A stretch of DNA of 64,000 nucleotides from a virus: the IMG/VR virus record IMGVR_UViG_3300045988_147517, positions 32,001 through 96,000 of that record. The stretch is one strand, 5' to 3'. Under the pieces are notes generated by a model. It was not told the DNA's origin and did not search any database. It saw nothing but the letters and a program-made list of their open reading frames with translations. The first letter of the stretch is position 1; every line of letters begins with the position of its first letter. The position numbers and the translations under genes were made by a program. Shown here piece after piece: positions 18,603-27,871 of the stretch.

Positions 18603-19751
18603 TTAATTTACCAGCCGCTTTCCTTCTTTTAGAATATTTTTAGCGGCATTTATATCCCTATCCTCTTTGTAGCCACAAACCGGGCATACAAAGGTTTTTT
18701 CGGATAAAATATTCTCTTCTATTACATGTTCACACTTATGGCACGTCTTTGAGCTTGGGAAAAATGTATTTACTTGTACATATTTATGGCCATATTCTTC
18801 TGCTTTATACGCTAACATTTGGCAGAAATTAAAGTACCCTATATCGGTAATAGCAGAATTAAAATTTTTCTTTGTTCTATTTAAAAACCCTTCTTTCTCT
18901 TTATTCTGTTTCATCATTTCTTGCAATTTAAGTTTCTCAACCGCAATAATTTTATTATCTCTCGCAATCTTCCTACTCAAATTATGTGCGAAATATGCTC
19001 TTTGTCTAGCAATTTTCTGATGAACTTTCGCTACTTTAATACGTTGTTTTTCGTAATTTTTACTACCACGTTGACAATGACTTAATTTGCGTTGCTCTCT
19101 GGCTAAACGTTCTTTGCTTTTCTTATAGTAGTTAGGATAATCTGGAATACTTCCTTTATTATCCACAAAGTAATCTCGTGATGAAAAATCAAGCCCGATG
19201 GATTGGGATTTCCCTTTCTTCTGTTTCATTTTAAATTCAATGCAGAAGGCAATATAGTATTCCCCTGATGGTGTCCTAGAAAGTGTTGCATCACATATTT
19301 TTGCATCATCTGGAATTGGCCTATCAACAATCATTTTGACGGTTGTTGACAATTTTGGAATTTTAACTCTATTACCTTCAATACGCAACCCATTACCGCC
19401 AACTGTATTTCTCGTTTTAAAGCTATCCCTACATCTACCACGCTTCTTAAATTTAGGAAATCCGGGCTTTTCCCCATTTTTTAATCTTCTAAAAAAGTTT
19501 TTATACGCCTGTTCTAAATCCCGCTGAACAAAATTTAAGGCATGTGCATCCACTTCTTTTAACCAAGTATTATCTGCTTTATATGAAGCGTAGCTCGTCT
19601 TTAATGACTTCCCCGTCTCTTCATAATGCTTTATTTTGTCAGCAAGCATAGCATTCCAAATCCATCTGCAAGCGCCAAATGTTTTATTTAAATATTCTCT
19701 CTGTTCTTTATTTGGGTAGATACGATATTTATAACCTCTAACTACTAACAT
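18603..19751 (-). CDS. tnpB: TnpB-like RNA-guided RuvC nuclease (IS200/IS605 OrfB family), stand-alone
   Basis: Contains YKYRIYPNKEQ, RuvC-I IGLDFS, RuvC-II IAVEKL, the zinc ribbon CHKCEH..CPVCGY and RuvC-III DRDINAAKNI. The protein is 382 aa. Confidence 0.9.
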   Translation of the reverse strand: MLVVRGYKYRIYPNKEQREYLNKTFGACRWIWNAMLADKIKHYEETGKSLKTSYASYKADNTWLKEVDAHALNFVQRDLEQAYKNFFRRLKNGEKPGFPKFKKRGRCRDSFKTRNTVGGNGLRIEGNRVKIPKLSTTVKMIVDRPIPDDAKICDATLSRTPSGEYYIAFCIEFKMKQKKGKSQSIGLDFSSRDYFVDNKGSIPDYPNYYKKSKERLAREQRKLSHCQRGSKNYEKQRIKVAKVHQKIARQRAYFAHNLSRKIARDNKIIAVEKLKLQEMMKQNKEKEGFLNRTKKNFNSAITDIGYFNFCQMLAYKAEEYGHKYVQVNTFFPSSKTCHKCEHVIEENILSEKTFVCPVCGYKEDRDINAAKNILKEGKRLVN

Positions 19752-19779
19752 TTTCTTACCTCATCAACTTTATGTCTAT

Positions 19780-19808
19780 ATTATATCATGTTGGCGCTTA
19801 CTTGTCAA
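19780..19808 (-). promoter_or_regulatory. consensus promoter of tnpB
   Basis: TTGACA (19808-19803), 17 nt (containing GCGCCAA, as in other promoters in this window), TATAAT (19785-19780). Confidence 0.7.
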
Positions 19809-20236
19809 CCATTTTTAAAAAAATTTTTTATTTTTTCTTTCTTCTCATTGCACTGTTTACTTTCATAGCCGTTACAACTATACCTATTATCACAATCTTT
19901 GCACATATTTATAATAGTATACACCGCTTCTTCTTTTGTAGTCGGGAAATCTATTTCAAAATCTTCTGGTGGCGTGTAGATACTATCGTCCTCACTCTCA
20001 TATTTTTCTTTTATTCTTTGCTTCTCTTCCTTCGGCAAACTCAATACTTCATCCCGCACTCTCTTAAAAATTCTTTCATTATCCACTGATAGATTCTGGC
20101 GCGATTTTTCTTCATTTTTCTGAGCAATCATCTCTTCTAACAACTTATCTCGCTCTTCCTCTGGAAGGGATTCTATAATCGGAACCAACCAATTTTCGAC
20201 AAACTCTTTCATAGTCATTACACAATCTTTACTCAT
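19805..20236 (-). CDS. hypothetical acidic protein
   Basis: 143-aa ORF with AAGGAG RBS. It is not a transposase. Confidence 0.5.
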   Translation of the reverse strand: MSKDCVMTMKEFVENWLVPIIESLPEEERDKLLEEMIAQKNEEKSRQNLSVDNERIFKRVRDEVLSLPKEEKQRIKEKYESEDDSIYTPPEDFEIDFPTTKEEAVYTIINMCKDCDNRYSCNGYESKQCNEKKEKIKNFFKNG

Positions 20237-20262
20237 TAACTCTCACTCCTTACTTTACATAC

Positions 20263-20291
20263 ATTATAATACATTGTTTGCATGTTGTCAA
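20263..20291 (-). promoter_or_regulatory. consensus promoter
   Basis: TTGACA (20291-20286), 17 nt, TATAAT (20268-20263). Confidence 0.65.
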
Positions 20292-20362
20292 CAGTTTTTA
20301 TAAAAAATGTCTAAATATTTATAAAATCATTAAAAGGGCATTTTTATTGACAAAATGGCAGT

Positions 20363-20396
20363 AAAAAACCCTAGTAATTACTAGGGTTTTTATTTT
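20363..20396. terminator. bidirectional rho-independent terminator
   Basis: Perfect 18-nt palindrome CCCTAGTAATTACTAGGG flanked by an A-run and a T-run. Confidence 0.7.
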
Positions 20397-20502
20397 GACA
20401 TTTTAGTCATATAAGAAAAAGCCTATCGTCATGCTCATATGAACGTGATATTCTTTCAATTTTATTTTTATACATTATTAACTTATAATTATACATTATA
20501 TT

Positions 20503-20694
20503 TCAATCAATATCATTGCACCAATTTAAATCCATTTTATATTTAATGCCATCGTTCCCGACACACATCCAAACACCATCCGCTCTACAATAAACTCTGT
20601 TTCCATCGCAGGCTTCTACCCACTCTTCTTCAGCGGTGCCATCATAAGCGCCACCAATATCTTCTAAAAATTTTTCCTTACTGAAAACCATCAT
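20503..20694 (-). CDS. hypothetical protein
   Basis: 63-aa ORF. Confidence 0.45.
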   Translation of the reverse strand: MMVFSKEKFLEDIGGAYDGTAEEEWVEACDGNRVYCRADGVWMCVGNDGIKYKMDLNWCNDID

Positions 20695-20786
20695 AATTAA
20701 TTAACCTCGCCTCTCGTCTAACTCTTTTATTGCCCAACTTCTTTATTTTCTTCTTCATTTTATGGTTGACATCAAACACCATCTGC

Positions 20787-21029
20787 TTATGCTGAATATA
20801 CTTTTTCCGCTGGTTGTCCATACGTGTCCAAACCTCCACTCTCAGGCTCAATTACAAGCGCCATCTTCTCACAATCTACTAAGCCGCCTTTAAGAATTAC
20901 CACATCACCTACGGCTGTCTTATGGATACTCTCACAATAGCCACTTGGCATTTCAACCACCACTTCTAAATTTCCGTCATATCTCTTTTTTGCCACATTT
21001 AATCTATTTAGCAACTCATTAATTGTCAT
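20787..21029 (-). CDS. hypothetical protein
   Basis: Start moved to ATG 21029 behind GGAG. Confidence 0.5.
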   Translation of the reverse strand: MTINELLNRLNVAKKRYDGNLEVVVEMPSGYCESIHKTAVGDVVILKGGLVDCEKMALVIEPESGGLDTYGQPAEKVYSA

Positions 21030-21065
21030 ATTTTTCTCCAAAGTTATATTTTTAAAAGCATAATT

Positions 21066-21725
21066 TTATTTTTCCTTTTTATACCATGGTTTAAACCGTT
21101 TAATTCTGTCCAGAAGAGTGGCAGAATGTCCATTAAAAACAATCGCTCTGTCATCCACTACTGCAATGGCGGCTGGTTTACTATCCGTAATATCATCGAC
21201 CTTAATATCATTCTTATCTAGCCATTCTTTGATAGCCTCTCTTCCAATTTTCCATCGACATCTACTACTCTGAATAACTACACTATATCCCTTTTCACGC
21301 ATATCGTCAATAGCTTTTTTAATTCCTTTTGTTGGTGGGTCAAGGATGGTATCAATTCCATTGTAACCTGATTTGTAACTATTAACAACGCCATCAAAAT
21401 CAAGAACAATTGTTTGTTTGAATGGGGTTTCTGATTCTTTAACAAGTTCTAACATTGGCGCTGTAAAACTAAAAGGATAAAGTTCATTTTCACCTTCAAA
21501 TAAAATATAAATATTTTGAATATGTTTATCTAATAATGAATTATATATTATACCTATATCCATTACTACACCAACACATTCACATTTATCTCTCATTTCT
21601 AAAACGAAATAATCCCCTTCAATTTCTAAGTCATTTTCAGAATCAACTTCGTCACAAATATCTAATAATTCTTTAAGTGGACGAACCTTTACTGTATCGC
21701 CCACCCTGTATTTAATCCTACTCAT
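21066..21725 (-). CDS. HAD-superfamily phosphatase-like protein
   Basis: The C-terminal half has IVLDFDGVVNS (the DxDxV/T motif I), VVIQSSR and VVDDR. The start overlaps the upstream stop. Confidence 0.5.
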   Translation of the reverse strand: MSRIKYRVGDTVKVRPLKELLDICDEVDSENDLEIEGDYFVLEMRDKCECVGVVMDIGIIYNSLLDKHIQNIYILFEGENELYPFSFTAPMLELVKESETPFKQTIVLDFDGVVNSYKSGYNGIDTILDPPTKGIKKAIDDMREKGYSVVIQSSRCRWKIGREAIKEWLDKNDIKVDDITDSKPAAIAVVDDRAIVFNGHSATLLDRIKRFKPWYKKEK

Positions 21726-22035
21726 TTTCAACAAACATTTCTGGTGAAAAATCAAACATCCAATTTAAACCGCCATCTTCTGGTTTAAAATCAGGGTCTA
21801 AAAATCGCGCATCATGTAATAAGATTTTATTCGGCCCATTAACAGATGCAACATATCCTCTCATACCACATAATTTCTGCATATCTGGTGTAAAATAATT
21901 TGCAACCTTTCGATTTGATTTTGCGTTTGGATAAGTATATCCACACAAAAATGTACCATTTTCATCTGGCGCACCATACTCATTCAACAATTCTTCATAC
22001 GTTTTAATTCTTACAATATCGCCTTTTTTTACCAT
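21718..22035 (-). CDS. hypothetical protein
   Basis: Start moved to MVKKGD behind GGAGGG. Confidence 0.5.
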   Translation of the reverse strand: MVKKGDIVRIKTYEELLNEYGAPDENGTFLCGYTYPNAKSNRKVANYFTPDMQKLCGMRGYVASVNGPNKILLHDARFLDPDFKPEDGGLNWMFDFSPEMFVENE

Positions 22036-22262
22036 TTTAAACCCTCCATCATATTTCTTTTTACCCAATATTCATTACTTGCCCTAATAAAATCTACATC
22101 CTCTTTACTAAGTTCTACTGCATCTTCCGGTACCGGATTTTTATCGGAAATAGTGCGAAAGTATACTCCGGCCTTATCAGCAGATGGAAACCACAAATCG
22201 CCCTCTTTAGGTTCGATTGGAGTTAGATTTTTATTCCAACACATTACTATTCTAGGTTCCAT
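22029..22262 (-). CDS. hypothetical protein
   Basis: 77-aa ORF with GGAGGA RBS. Confidence 0.5.
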   Translation of the reverse strand: MEPRIVMCWNKNLTPIEPKEGDLWFPSADKAGVYFRTISDKNPVPEDAVELSKEDVDFIRASNEYWVKRNMMEGLKW

Positions 22263-22757
22263 TTATTCCTCCAAAATTAAACATTTAAAAATATAATTAT
22301 TTTCCCTTAAAAATTCTAATGGGATTAAATAACCAGCGCCATAGCAGTTATCCGTTTTATTCCAAAATCTACGATAATACTTACTTTCAACGCTCTGTTC
22401 GGTGCAAAATTTCTTAAGTCTAGGCCAATTAACAATATATGCAATACGATTAATGTCATCCACATAGCATAACAAATCGCTCCTACAATAATGTAACCAG
22501 CCCTTTTTATTTCCTTCTTGGCGCTCCATCATATCTTCAACAAAAATATTCTTGGTAGAATTAATGCGTTTATCAGCTTTAATTTCCATGAAATATTTCT
22601 TATTATTGATAATTATTTCTGCGTCAATATCATATTTTTGGTACTCTTTATTTTTGCTGGTATCTATTACTTGAAGCCCAACACTCCTCAATTTATCAAA
22701 TACAATATTTTCAAATTTCTTTCCATACCTTAAATCAGTTGTAAAATTTCTTTCCAT
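22263..22757 (-). CDS. possible PD-(D/E)XK nuclease
   Basis: YDIDAEIIINNKKYFMEIKADK fits the D..(D/E)xK pattern. Confidence 0.4.
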   Translation of the reverse strand: MERNFTTDLRYGKKFENIVFDKLRSVGLQVIDTSKNKEYQKYDIDAEIIINNKKYFMEIKADKRINSTKNIFVEDMMERQEGNKKGWLHYCRSDLLCYVDDINRIAYIVNWPRLKKFCTEQSVESKYYRRFWNKTDNCYGAGYLIPLEFLRENNYIFKCLILEE

Positions 22758-23692
22758 TTTAAAGCCGAACCTATGTTTGGGTAACTTTGAGAACTCATTA
22801 AAATATTAATTAATTCCGAAATATCCATTCCATATTCACACATTACTTCAATAGTATCTTTAATAAACTCAAGATTTCTCAAATCATCATGCGTATAATA
22901 AGTAATTAAATTTAAGAGTCTTCCTTTCTCATCATAAACACTTTCTTCTAACAATGATTTGATTTTATTAAAATAAAATACTAAAAGAAAATCTCTTCCC
23001 ATATCACACAATTCTTCTTTATATTCATCTTTGCATTTCATAAATGATGGAAAGTTTTCTATATCTTGAATAATATGTTCAGCCCAATTTATATCCATAG
23101 TATACAAAGGAATATATTCTTGCAATACTATTTTTGATGCCACAATTTTCCAATTTTCATCTTTAATACATTTTTCATAATATTTTTTAGAAACATAAGC
23201 TTTTACTTTGAATAATTTTGATTCTCTTATGCTATATGCATCGACAGTTTCCATTGGCGAATTGGAAAAGTGAAACCCTTGCAGACATAAAATTGGAAAA
23301 TCCACGCTGTATTCTTTTCCAATTTCATATTTTAATCCTTTTGAAACCATATTAAATGGAACGCGTTTATATCCTTCTACCCAAATTTTCTCCTCTTCGT
23401 CATAGAGTTCCTTCATTGTATTATAAGCAACCCCATCTTTGTTTTGAATATCAAATTCACCTACTTTCAAAAGCGAAAGTCCACCACGAATTTCATAATA
23501 AAACAACCCATCATTGAAATCATAAATACTATTACGCAGTGGGCTACTATCTAATTCCTTTTTCAAATTTTCAATTTTCCTTTCTCTTTCTGACATCGGC
23601 TCTTCCTTATTCATTTCATCATTAATATCTTCAATTTCTTCATTTGATGATGCCACTTTACCATTCGTATTACCTTTATTAAACCAAAACAT
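22730..23692 (-). CDS. hypothetical protein
   Basis: 320-aa ORF with AAGGAGGA RBS. Confidence 0.55.
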   Translation of the reverse strand: MFWFNKGNTNGKVASSNEEIEDINDEMNKEEPMSERERKIENLKKELDSSPLRNSIYDFNDGLFYYEIRGGLSLLKVGEFDIQNKDGVAYNTMKELYDEEEKIWVEGYKRVPFNMVSKGLKYEIGKEYSVDFPILCLQGFHFSNSPMETVDAYSIRESKLFKVKAYVSKKYYEKCIKDENWKIVASKIVLQEYIPLYTMDINWAEHIIQDIENFPSFMKCKDEYKEELCDMGRDFLLVFYFNKIKSLLEESVYDEKGRLLNLITYYTHDDLRNLEFIKDTIEVMCEYGMDISELINILMSSQSYPNIGSALKWKEILQLI

Positions 23693-23704
23693 TATATTTC
23701 CTCC

Positions 23705-23884
23705 TTATACCCAAATGCAAACTACAACAGAAATAAAAAAACAAATCATACATACTATTAAAGCACCCATAAAAAGTCCGGCTATTTTTCTGCTATTCCT
23801 ACTAGGAAAATCACTAAAAATACATACTAAAATTGCAAATAGTAGCCCCAATATTATAAATGTTACTACAAATTTTTGCGCCAT
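23705..23884 (-). CDS. small membrane protein
   Basis: Hand-translated 59-aa ORF MAQKFVVTFIILGLLFAILVC.. with AGAGG RBS. It is preferred over the antisense tracked ORF 23715-23951. Confidence 0.45.
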   Translation of the reverse strand: MAQKFVVTFIILGLLFAILVCIFSDFPSRNSRKIAGLFMGALIVCMICFFISVVVCIWV

Positions 23885-24029
23885 ATTATACCTCTTTCTT
23901 TTTAAAACCCCTAGTAGTCAATCGGCCAAAATTAGTTTTATTATTATTTAAATTTAAACTGTAAAATAAACACCTACTAGGGGCATAGCGGCCTTCGAGA
24001 GATTGTAATCGCTCCCTCACCATATCTAT

Positions 24030-24058
24030 ATTATACAACAAAAGCGCCAATATGTCAA
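24030..24058 (-). promoter_or_regulatory. consensus promoter
   Basis: TTGACA (24058-24053), 17 nt, TATAAT (24035-24030). Confidence 0.65.
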
Positions 24059-24083
24059 TAGATTTCTGGCGCTTTTTAAAATT

Positions 24084-24347
24084 TTATTCGTGAAACAGAA
24101 AATAATAGGATTTTTCAATGGGGTATGCGTTAATAATTTTAATCTTTGGATTTGTCAATAATTCTAAATCTTCATTATAAGCATTTGCATAATATACAAT
24201 TTTATAAGCTAAAGCCTTCTCTGTACTAATAATATACTCAGGTACCTCCATATCATCATTTTTAATTACCACACAAAACCCGCAATATAATCCTTCCGTA
24301 TCATCTTTTGTTTCAAACATCATTTTTAATAATTCAGTCTTTTTCAT
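24084..24347 (-). CDS. hypothetical protein
   Basis: 87-aa ORF. Confidence 0.5.
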   Translation of the reverse strand: MKKTELLKMMFETKDDTEGLYCGFCVVIKNDDMEVPEYIISTEKALAYKIVYYANAYNEDLELLTNPKIKIINAYPIEKSYYFLFHE

Positions 24348-24928
24348 CGTTTTAAAATTTTTACTCCTACTAATTCTTCAATTAAATCTCGATAGCGCGA
24401 TTCGGCTTCGAGCAATCGTGCATCACCATAATTAATCACGTCTTGCAACCCTTCGTTTCTTTTTCGGAGCGCCACAATCAAATCCTCGTATTCGCGAATT
24501 TTTGATTTATTTTCATCCATTTCATCACGAAACTTCTTTACTTCACTTTCATTTTCGTTTTTTAATTCAGTGATTTCATTATCTAAAGCATTAAGCTTAT
24601 CTATTCTAGTTCTAATAAACAAACTATTTAACTCTGCATCTTGCTCCGTTTCTTCTTTTACTGCTTCAATTTTATAAAGTGTAATGGCAATTTCTTCTTT
24701 GCGGTCTGTTAATAGAACCCATGGATTTGAAAAGAAAATATGGACAAAATTTCCATCTTCTTTAGTTTTTCCCTCATAAATTTTAGTGCCATATTCATAC
24801 ATTTTGTTAACACGTTCACTAATTTTATCTTCATTTTGGGCAATGTAGGTATTAATAGATAGTTTCTCATCCCTTCCCATGATACGTTCTGCGTATCTTT
24901 CTTGGCAATGTTTGCTAACTTTTAACAT
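24344..24928 (-). CDS. hypothetical coiled-coil protein
   Basis: 194 aa with a heptad-like, charged C-terminal half. Confidence 0.5.
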   Translation of the reverse strand: MLKVSKHCQERYAERIMGRDEKLSINTYIAQNEDKISERVNKMYEYGTKIYEGKTKEDGNFVHIFFSNPWVLLTDRKEEIAITLYKIEAVKEETEQDAELNSLFIRTRIDKLNALDNEITELKNENESEVKKFRDEMDENKSKIREYEDLIVALRKRNEGLQDVINYGDARLLEAESRYRDLIEELVGVKILKR

Positions 24929-25185
24929 GAACTACTCCTATCTTCGTCTTTATTCATAGCAGTGACTTTTGGCTGAGTGTTCGGGTCGATTCTAAAAGGA
25001 TTCAGATGTCTAGGCGCTGTTACAAATGGATAGTTTTCTCTAAAATTTTTACAACTTATATTTATTTCAAATGAATCGCTATGTTGAATGCCGTCTACTT
25101 TATCTTGTAGCGCGTATGCTTCTTCAATATTCTTACATACGTCATGATGATTACATAAGTCGCATTTTTCTCTCATATTACTCAT
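24922..25185 (-). CDS. hypothetical protein
   Basis: 87-aa ORF with AGGAGGA RBS. Confidence 0.5.
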   Translation of the reverse strand: MSNMREKCDLCNHHDVCKNIEEAYALQDKVDGIQHSDSFEINISCKNFRENYPFVTAPRHLNPFRIDPNTQPKVTAMNKDEDRSSSC

Positions 25186-25210
25186 TTAGTTTTCCTCCTT
25201 TTTTATTTTG

Positions 25211-25597
25211 TTAATTTTTTAATAATTGGTCAACAATTTTTCTACATTCATTTTGAACGTACTCAAGAGAGCATACTTGACCTTCATATCCAATATCTAA
25301 AATAAGCCTTTTAGGATAATACATTTTTGCCAATTCAATATCATTCCCATCCTCAAAATGTACGCAATCAAACCCGAACCACCATAAATCGGATTTGATA
25401 GGATGCGCACTATCTTTACCACCATCCGAATAGGTGAGTCCACCGTGACATTCTATCTTTAAATCATCATAGAACTTTCCATAATACTGACTTTCTGATG
25501 TTACCCCAACATAACCACACCGATATCCTCCCGGTGTAAAGGTAACAACACAGCGTAGACCTTTATAGATAAAATCACTTTCTATCTTTAACTGCAT
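25211..25597 (-). CDS. hypothetical protein
   Basis: 128-aa ORF with GGAGG RBS. Confidence 0.5.
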   Translation of the reverse strand: MQLKIESDFIYKGLRCVVTFTPGGYRCGYVGVTSESQYYGKFYDDLKIECHGGLTYSDGGKDSAHPIKSDLWWFGFDCVHFEDGNDIELAKMYYPKRLILDIGYEGQVCSLEYVQNECRKIVDQLLKN

Positions 25598-25776
25598 TCT
25601 TCAACCTCCAACTCTTCTTCAAAAACGTCTTCTCTATATTCTATAATTTCCATCATTCGTTCTTCAAGCCACTCTAATTCTTCTACGTTTTTACATTTAT
25701 CAAATAAGTCATCAACAAATAATTCAAAACCAAAACTATCTAAACCTAATCTTCCACTCTCATCTCTTCCCAGCAT
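25588..25776 (-). CDS. hypothetical acidic protein
   Basis: 62-aa ORF with AGGAGG RBS. Confidence 0.45.
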   Translation of the reverse strand: MLGRDESGRLGLDSFGFELFVDDLFDKCKNVEELEWLEERMMEIIEYREDVFEEELEVEECS

Positions 25777-25952
25777 CTTTCAACCTCCTGATAAAGTTCT
25801 CCTAAATTTTCTGGTACCTCTTCTGCATTATTTAAAGACTCCTCATACCATTCCCAATTATCCACGCCGCCATATTTTAAAGATAATAACTCAGCTTCTC
25901 TCTCAAGCAATAACCGCAATTCTTTTTCTACAATAATATATTCTTTACTCAT
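25746..25952 (-). CDS. hypothetical protein
   Basis: 68-aa ORF. Confidence 0.45.
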   Translation of the reverse strand: MSKEYIIVEKELRLLLEREAELLSLKYGGVDNWEWYEESLNNAEEVPENLGELYQEVERCWEEMRVED

Positions 25953-26195
25953 TTAAACCTCCCTAAAATATTTTTGCATTGCTTCTTCTGGTATTTCTAA
26001 CCAGTCCCCCGGGTCACCGTTTTGCTCAAGGTGTACGTAATTATCAGGTCGTTTCTCATGCGTTTCCACCCAGATTGTGCCCAACTTGACGGGAGGAATT
26101 TCGCTATCACTAAACACAAGTCCTTTTATGCATTCATATTTTTCATTCTTCTTCATTTCACTACCGCACAAACCTATGTATGTATAGCTCTTCAT
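25953..26195 (-). CDS. hypothetical protein
   Basis: 80-aa ORF with AGGAG RBS. Confidence 0.5.
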   Translation of the reverse strand: MKSYTYIGLCGSEMKKNEKYECIKGLVFSDSEIPPVKLGTIWVETHEKRPDNYVHLEQNGDPGDWLEIPEEAMQKYFREV

Positions 26196-26388
26196 CTAAT
26201 ATCTCCTGTACTTCATCTTTCACCTGTTGAGCTTCAAGCGTTGAATTTCCATTAAACACTTCTTCAAACACCATTGAGAGTAGGCAATCTAGTTCGTTAA
26301 GCTCTTTGCAAGAATTAACCAAGTCAGACACCACAACTTTTAATTTTTTTCCATTATAAAACATCTCATCATTTACATACTTTAACAT
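26161..26388 (-). CDS. hypothetical protein
   Basis: Start moved to MLKYVND behind AGGAGG. Confidence 0.45.
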   Translation of the reverse strand: MLKYVNDEMFYNGKKLKVVVSDLVNSCKELNELDCLLSMVFEEVFNGNSTLEAQQVKDEVQEILDEELYIHRFVR

Positions 26389-26753
26389 TCTTTTACCTCC
26401 TGGTTCCAACAATCATAACAAGTATAGCCCAGTCTCATACATTCCACAGATTTATCATCTTCGCCATATACATCTACAATACATGCAGTAGGATAAAGCC
26501 CACTCCCATCATCTTCTAATCTAGCATTCGGGAACTTCTCTAAAAATACATTCATGTAGGTCTTTGGTGGATGTTCTCTGTCCCACTTTTCAACAACAGA
26601 AACAGCCTCTCGAGGATAATCCTGTTCAAAACTTGCACAATAGATATGTCTTTTATTATTATGTGATTCAAACGGGCACTCAGAACAAGATGACGCTTTG
26701 CAACATTGTGTCATTCTTCTCTTTATTTTTAAATATTCAACTGCGTTCATCAT
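26382..26753 (-). CDS. Cys-rich hypothetical protein
   Basis: 123-aa ORF with several Cys pairs. Confidence 0.5.
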   Translation of the reverse strand: MMNAVEYLKIKRRMTQCCKASSCSECPFESHNNKRHIYCASFEQDYPREAVSVVEKWDREHPPKTYMNVFLEKFPNARLEDDGSGLYPTACIVDVYGEDDKSVECMRLGYTCYDCWNQEVKEC

Positions 26754-27148
26754 TCAGTTACCCCAATCAAATTAAGAAGGTCGTCAATGTCAATTTCGAC
26801 GTTATTATAGTCAGTTGGATGACGATGTGATGATTTCATAGTAATATTTTCCGCGTCTAACGTTTCATCTAAAATATCAATCAAAGAATTTTCTTCATTC
26901 TCAAACAATTTATCCTTTAAAAGACCAAATAATTCTTGGTATGGCATTTCTTTTACATCATTTTCTGCTTCAATATATCCAGAGTAGCTTCCAATTTTCA
27001 CCACTACCAATACAGCATCTGATAATGGGTGTAAATACCACTGCTCCCAGTAATAACCATCATCGTATCCAAAAAACAAGGCTTTTTTATTTTGTTTATG
27101 TACCTTTAAAAGCGCATCTCTTAATTCATCTGGTGTGTCAATGTTCAC
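26750..27148 (-). CDS. hypothetical protein
   Basis: 132-aa ORF. Confidence 0.5.
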   Translation of the reverse strand: MNIDTPDELRDALLKVHKQNKKALFFGYDDGYYWEQWYLHPLSDAVLVVVKIGSYSGYIEAENDVKEMPYQELFGLLKDKLFENEENSLIDILDETLDAENITMKSSHRHPTDYNNVEIDIDDLLNLIGVTE

Positions 27149-27555
27149 TCCCTTACCCCCTTCTTAATTTCCTCGAATTTCGCCAACATTTCGGGCACTG
27201 CCGCCACCGCCTCCTCTTCGGTCGGGAAACAGTTACCCATGTTGAGCATGGCAAGAGAGGCTTCTTCGTCTTTATAGAAGTGGCACCATGTCACGCGTCC
27301 ATTAAGAGAGACGGTATAATATTTACCATCATCTTTCGGCTTCCAAGGGCGTTTCTGAATTGTGTATTCTCCGGTTAATAAATACCATAGTTGACTATAC
27401 GCCATGTCATCATCGTCATAATCAATAATTGAGTCATTCGTAAATCTATAAGGACTATAAGCGACAATACTTCCATTTTTATCCATAACATCAAATTTCT
27501 CCCCAATCTCTACGCCTAACATTTTTGCCACTTCTTGCATGTAGTTTTTATTCAT
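27145..27555 (-). CDS. hypothetical protein
   Basis: 136-aa ORF preceded by a structured leader and no obvious SD. Confidence 0.5.
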   Translation of the reverse strand: MNKNYMQEVAKMLGVEIGEKFDVMDKNGSIVAYSPYRFTNDSIIDYDDDDMAYSQLWYLLTGEYTIQKRPWKPKDDGKYYTVSLNGRVTWCHFYKDEEASLAMLNMGNCFPTEEEAVAAVPEMLAKFEEIKKGVRE

Positions 27556-27871
27556 CTAATCTTTGGCAATGAAACTCCCTACTTCTATAAGTAGGAGAGG
27601 AATTGCCTTCTCCTTTCTTCCTGTAAATAACTCATTCTAGCTTTTAATAATTTTAATTTTTTACAACTTATACCCGTTAGTCTAGTCAACAAGGGCTTTT
27701 CAAGCCCCCACTTCAACAAGACCTATCTTGTAAGTAGTGGGTTATTGACTTTAAATCTCCTTTACCTTTCTTATTTTAACTGGTTTTCTTTTCTTGGGTC
27801 TACGCCTTTCTTTCAAATCTTTTTCAGCTAGGCGCTCTTCTTCTTGTTCCATAATATAATTAAAGTATTCT

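Noticed and set aside
18603-19751. A complete IS200/IS605 or IS607 insertion sequence.
   Set aside because: No TnpA (Y1 HUH or serine recombinase) ORF flanks tnpB, and I could not recognise left-end or right-end hairpin structures. The gene has a phage-type consensus promoter. I treat it as a domesticated nuclease rather than an active IS.
27751-27852. A 33-codon, highly basic ORF (MEQEEERLAEKDLKERRRPKKRKPVKIRKVKEI).
   Set aside because: It has no RBS and is very short. It could be real, but the sequence alone does not support it.
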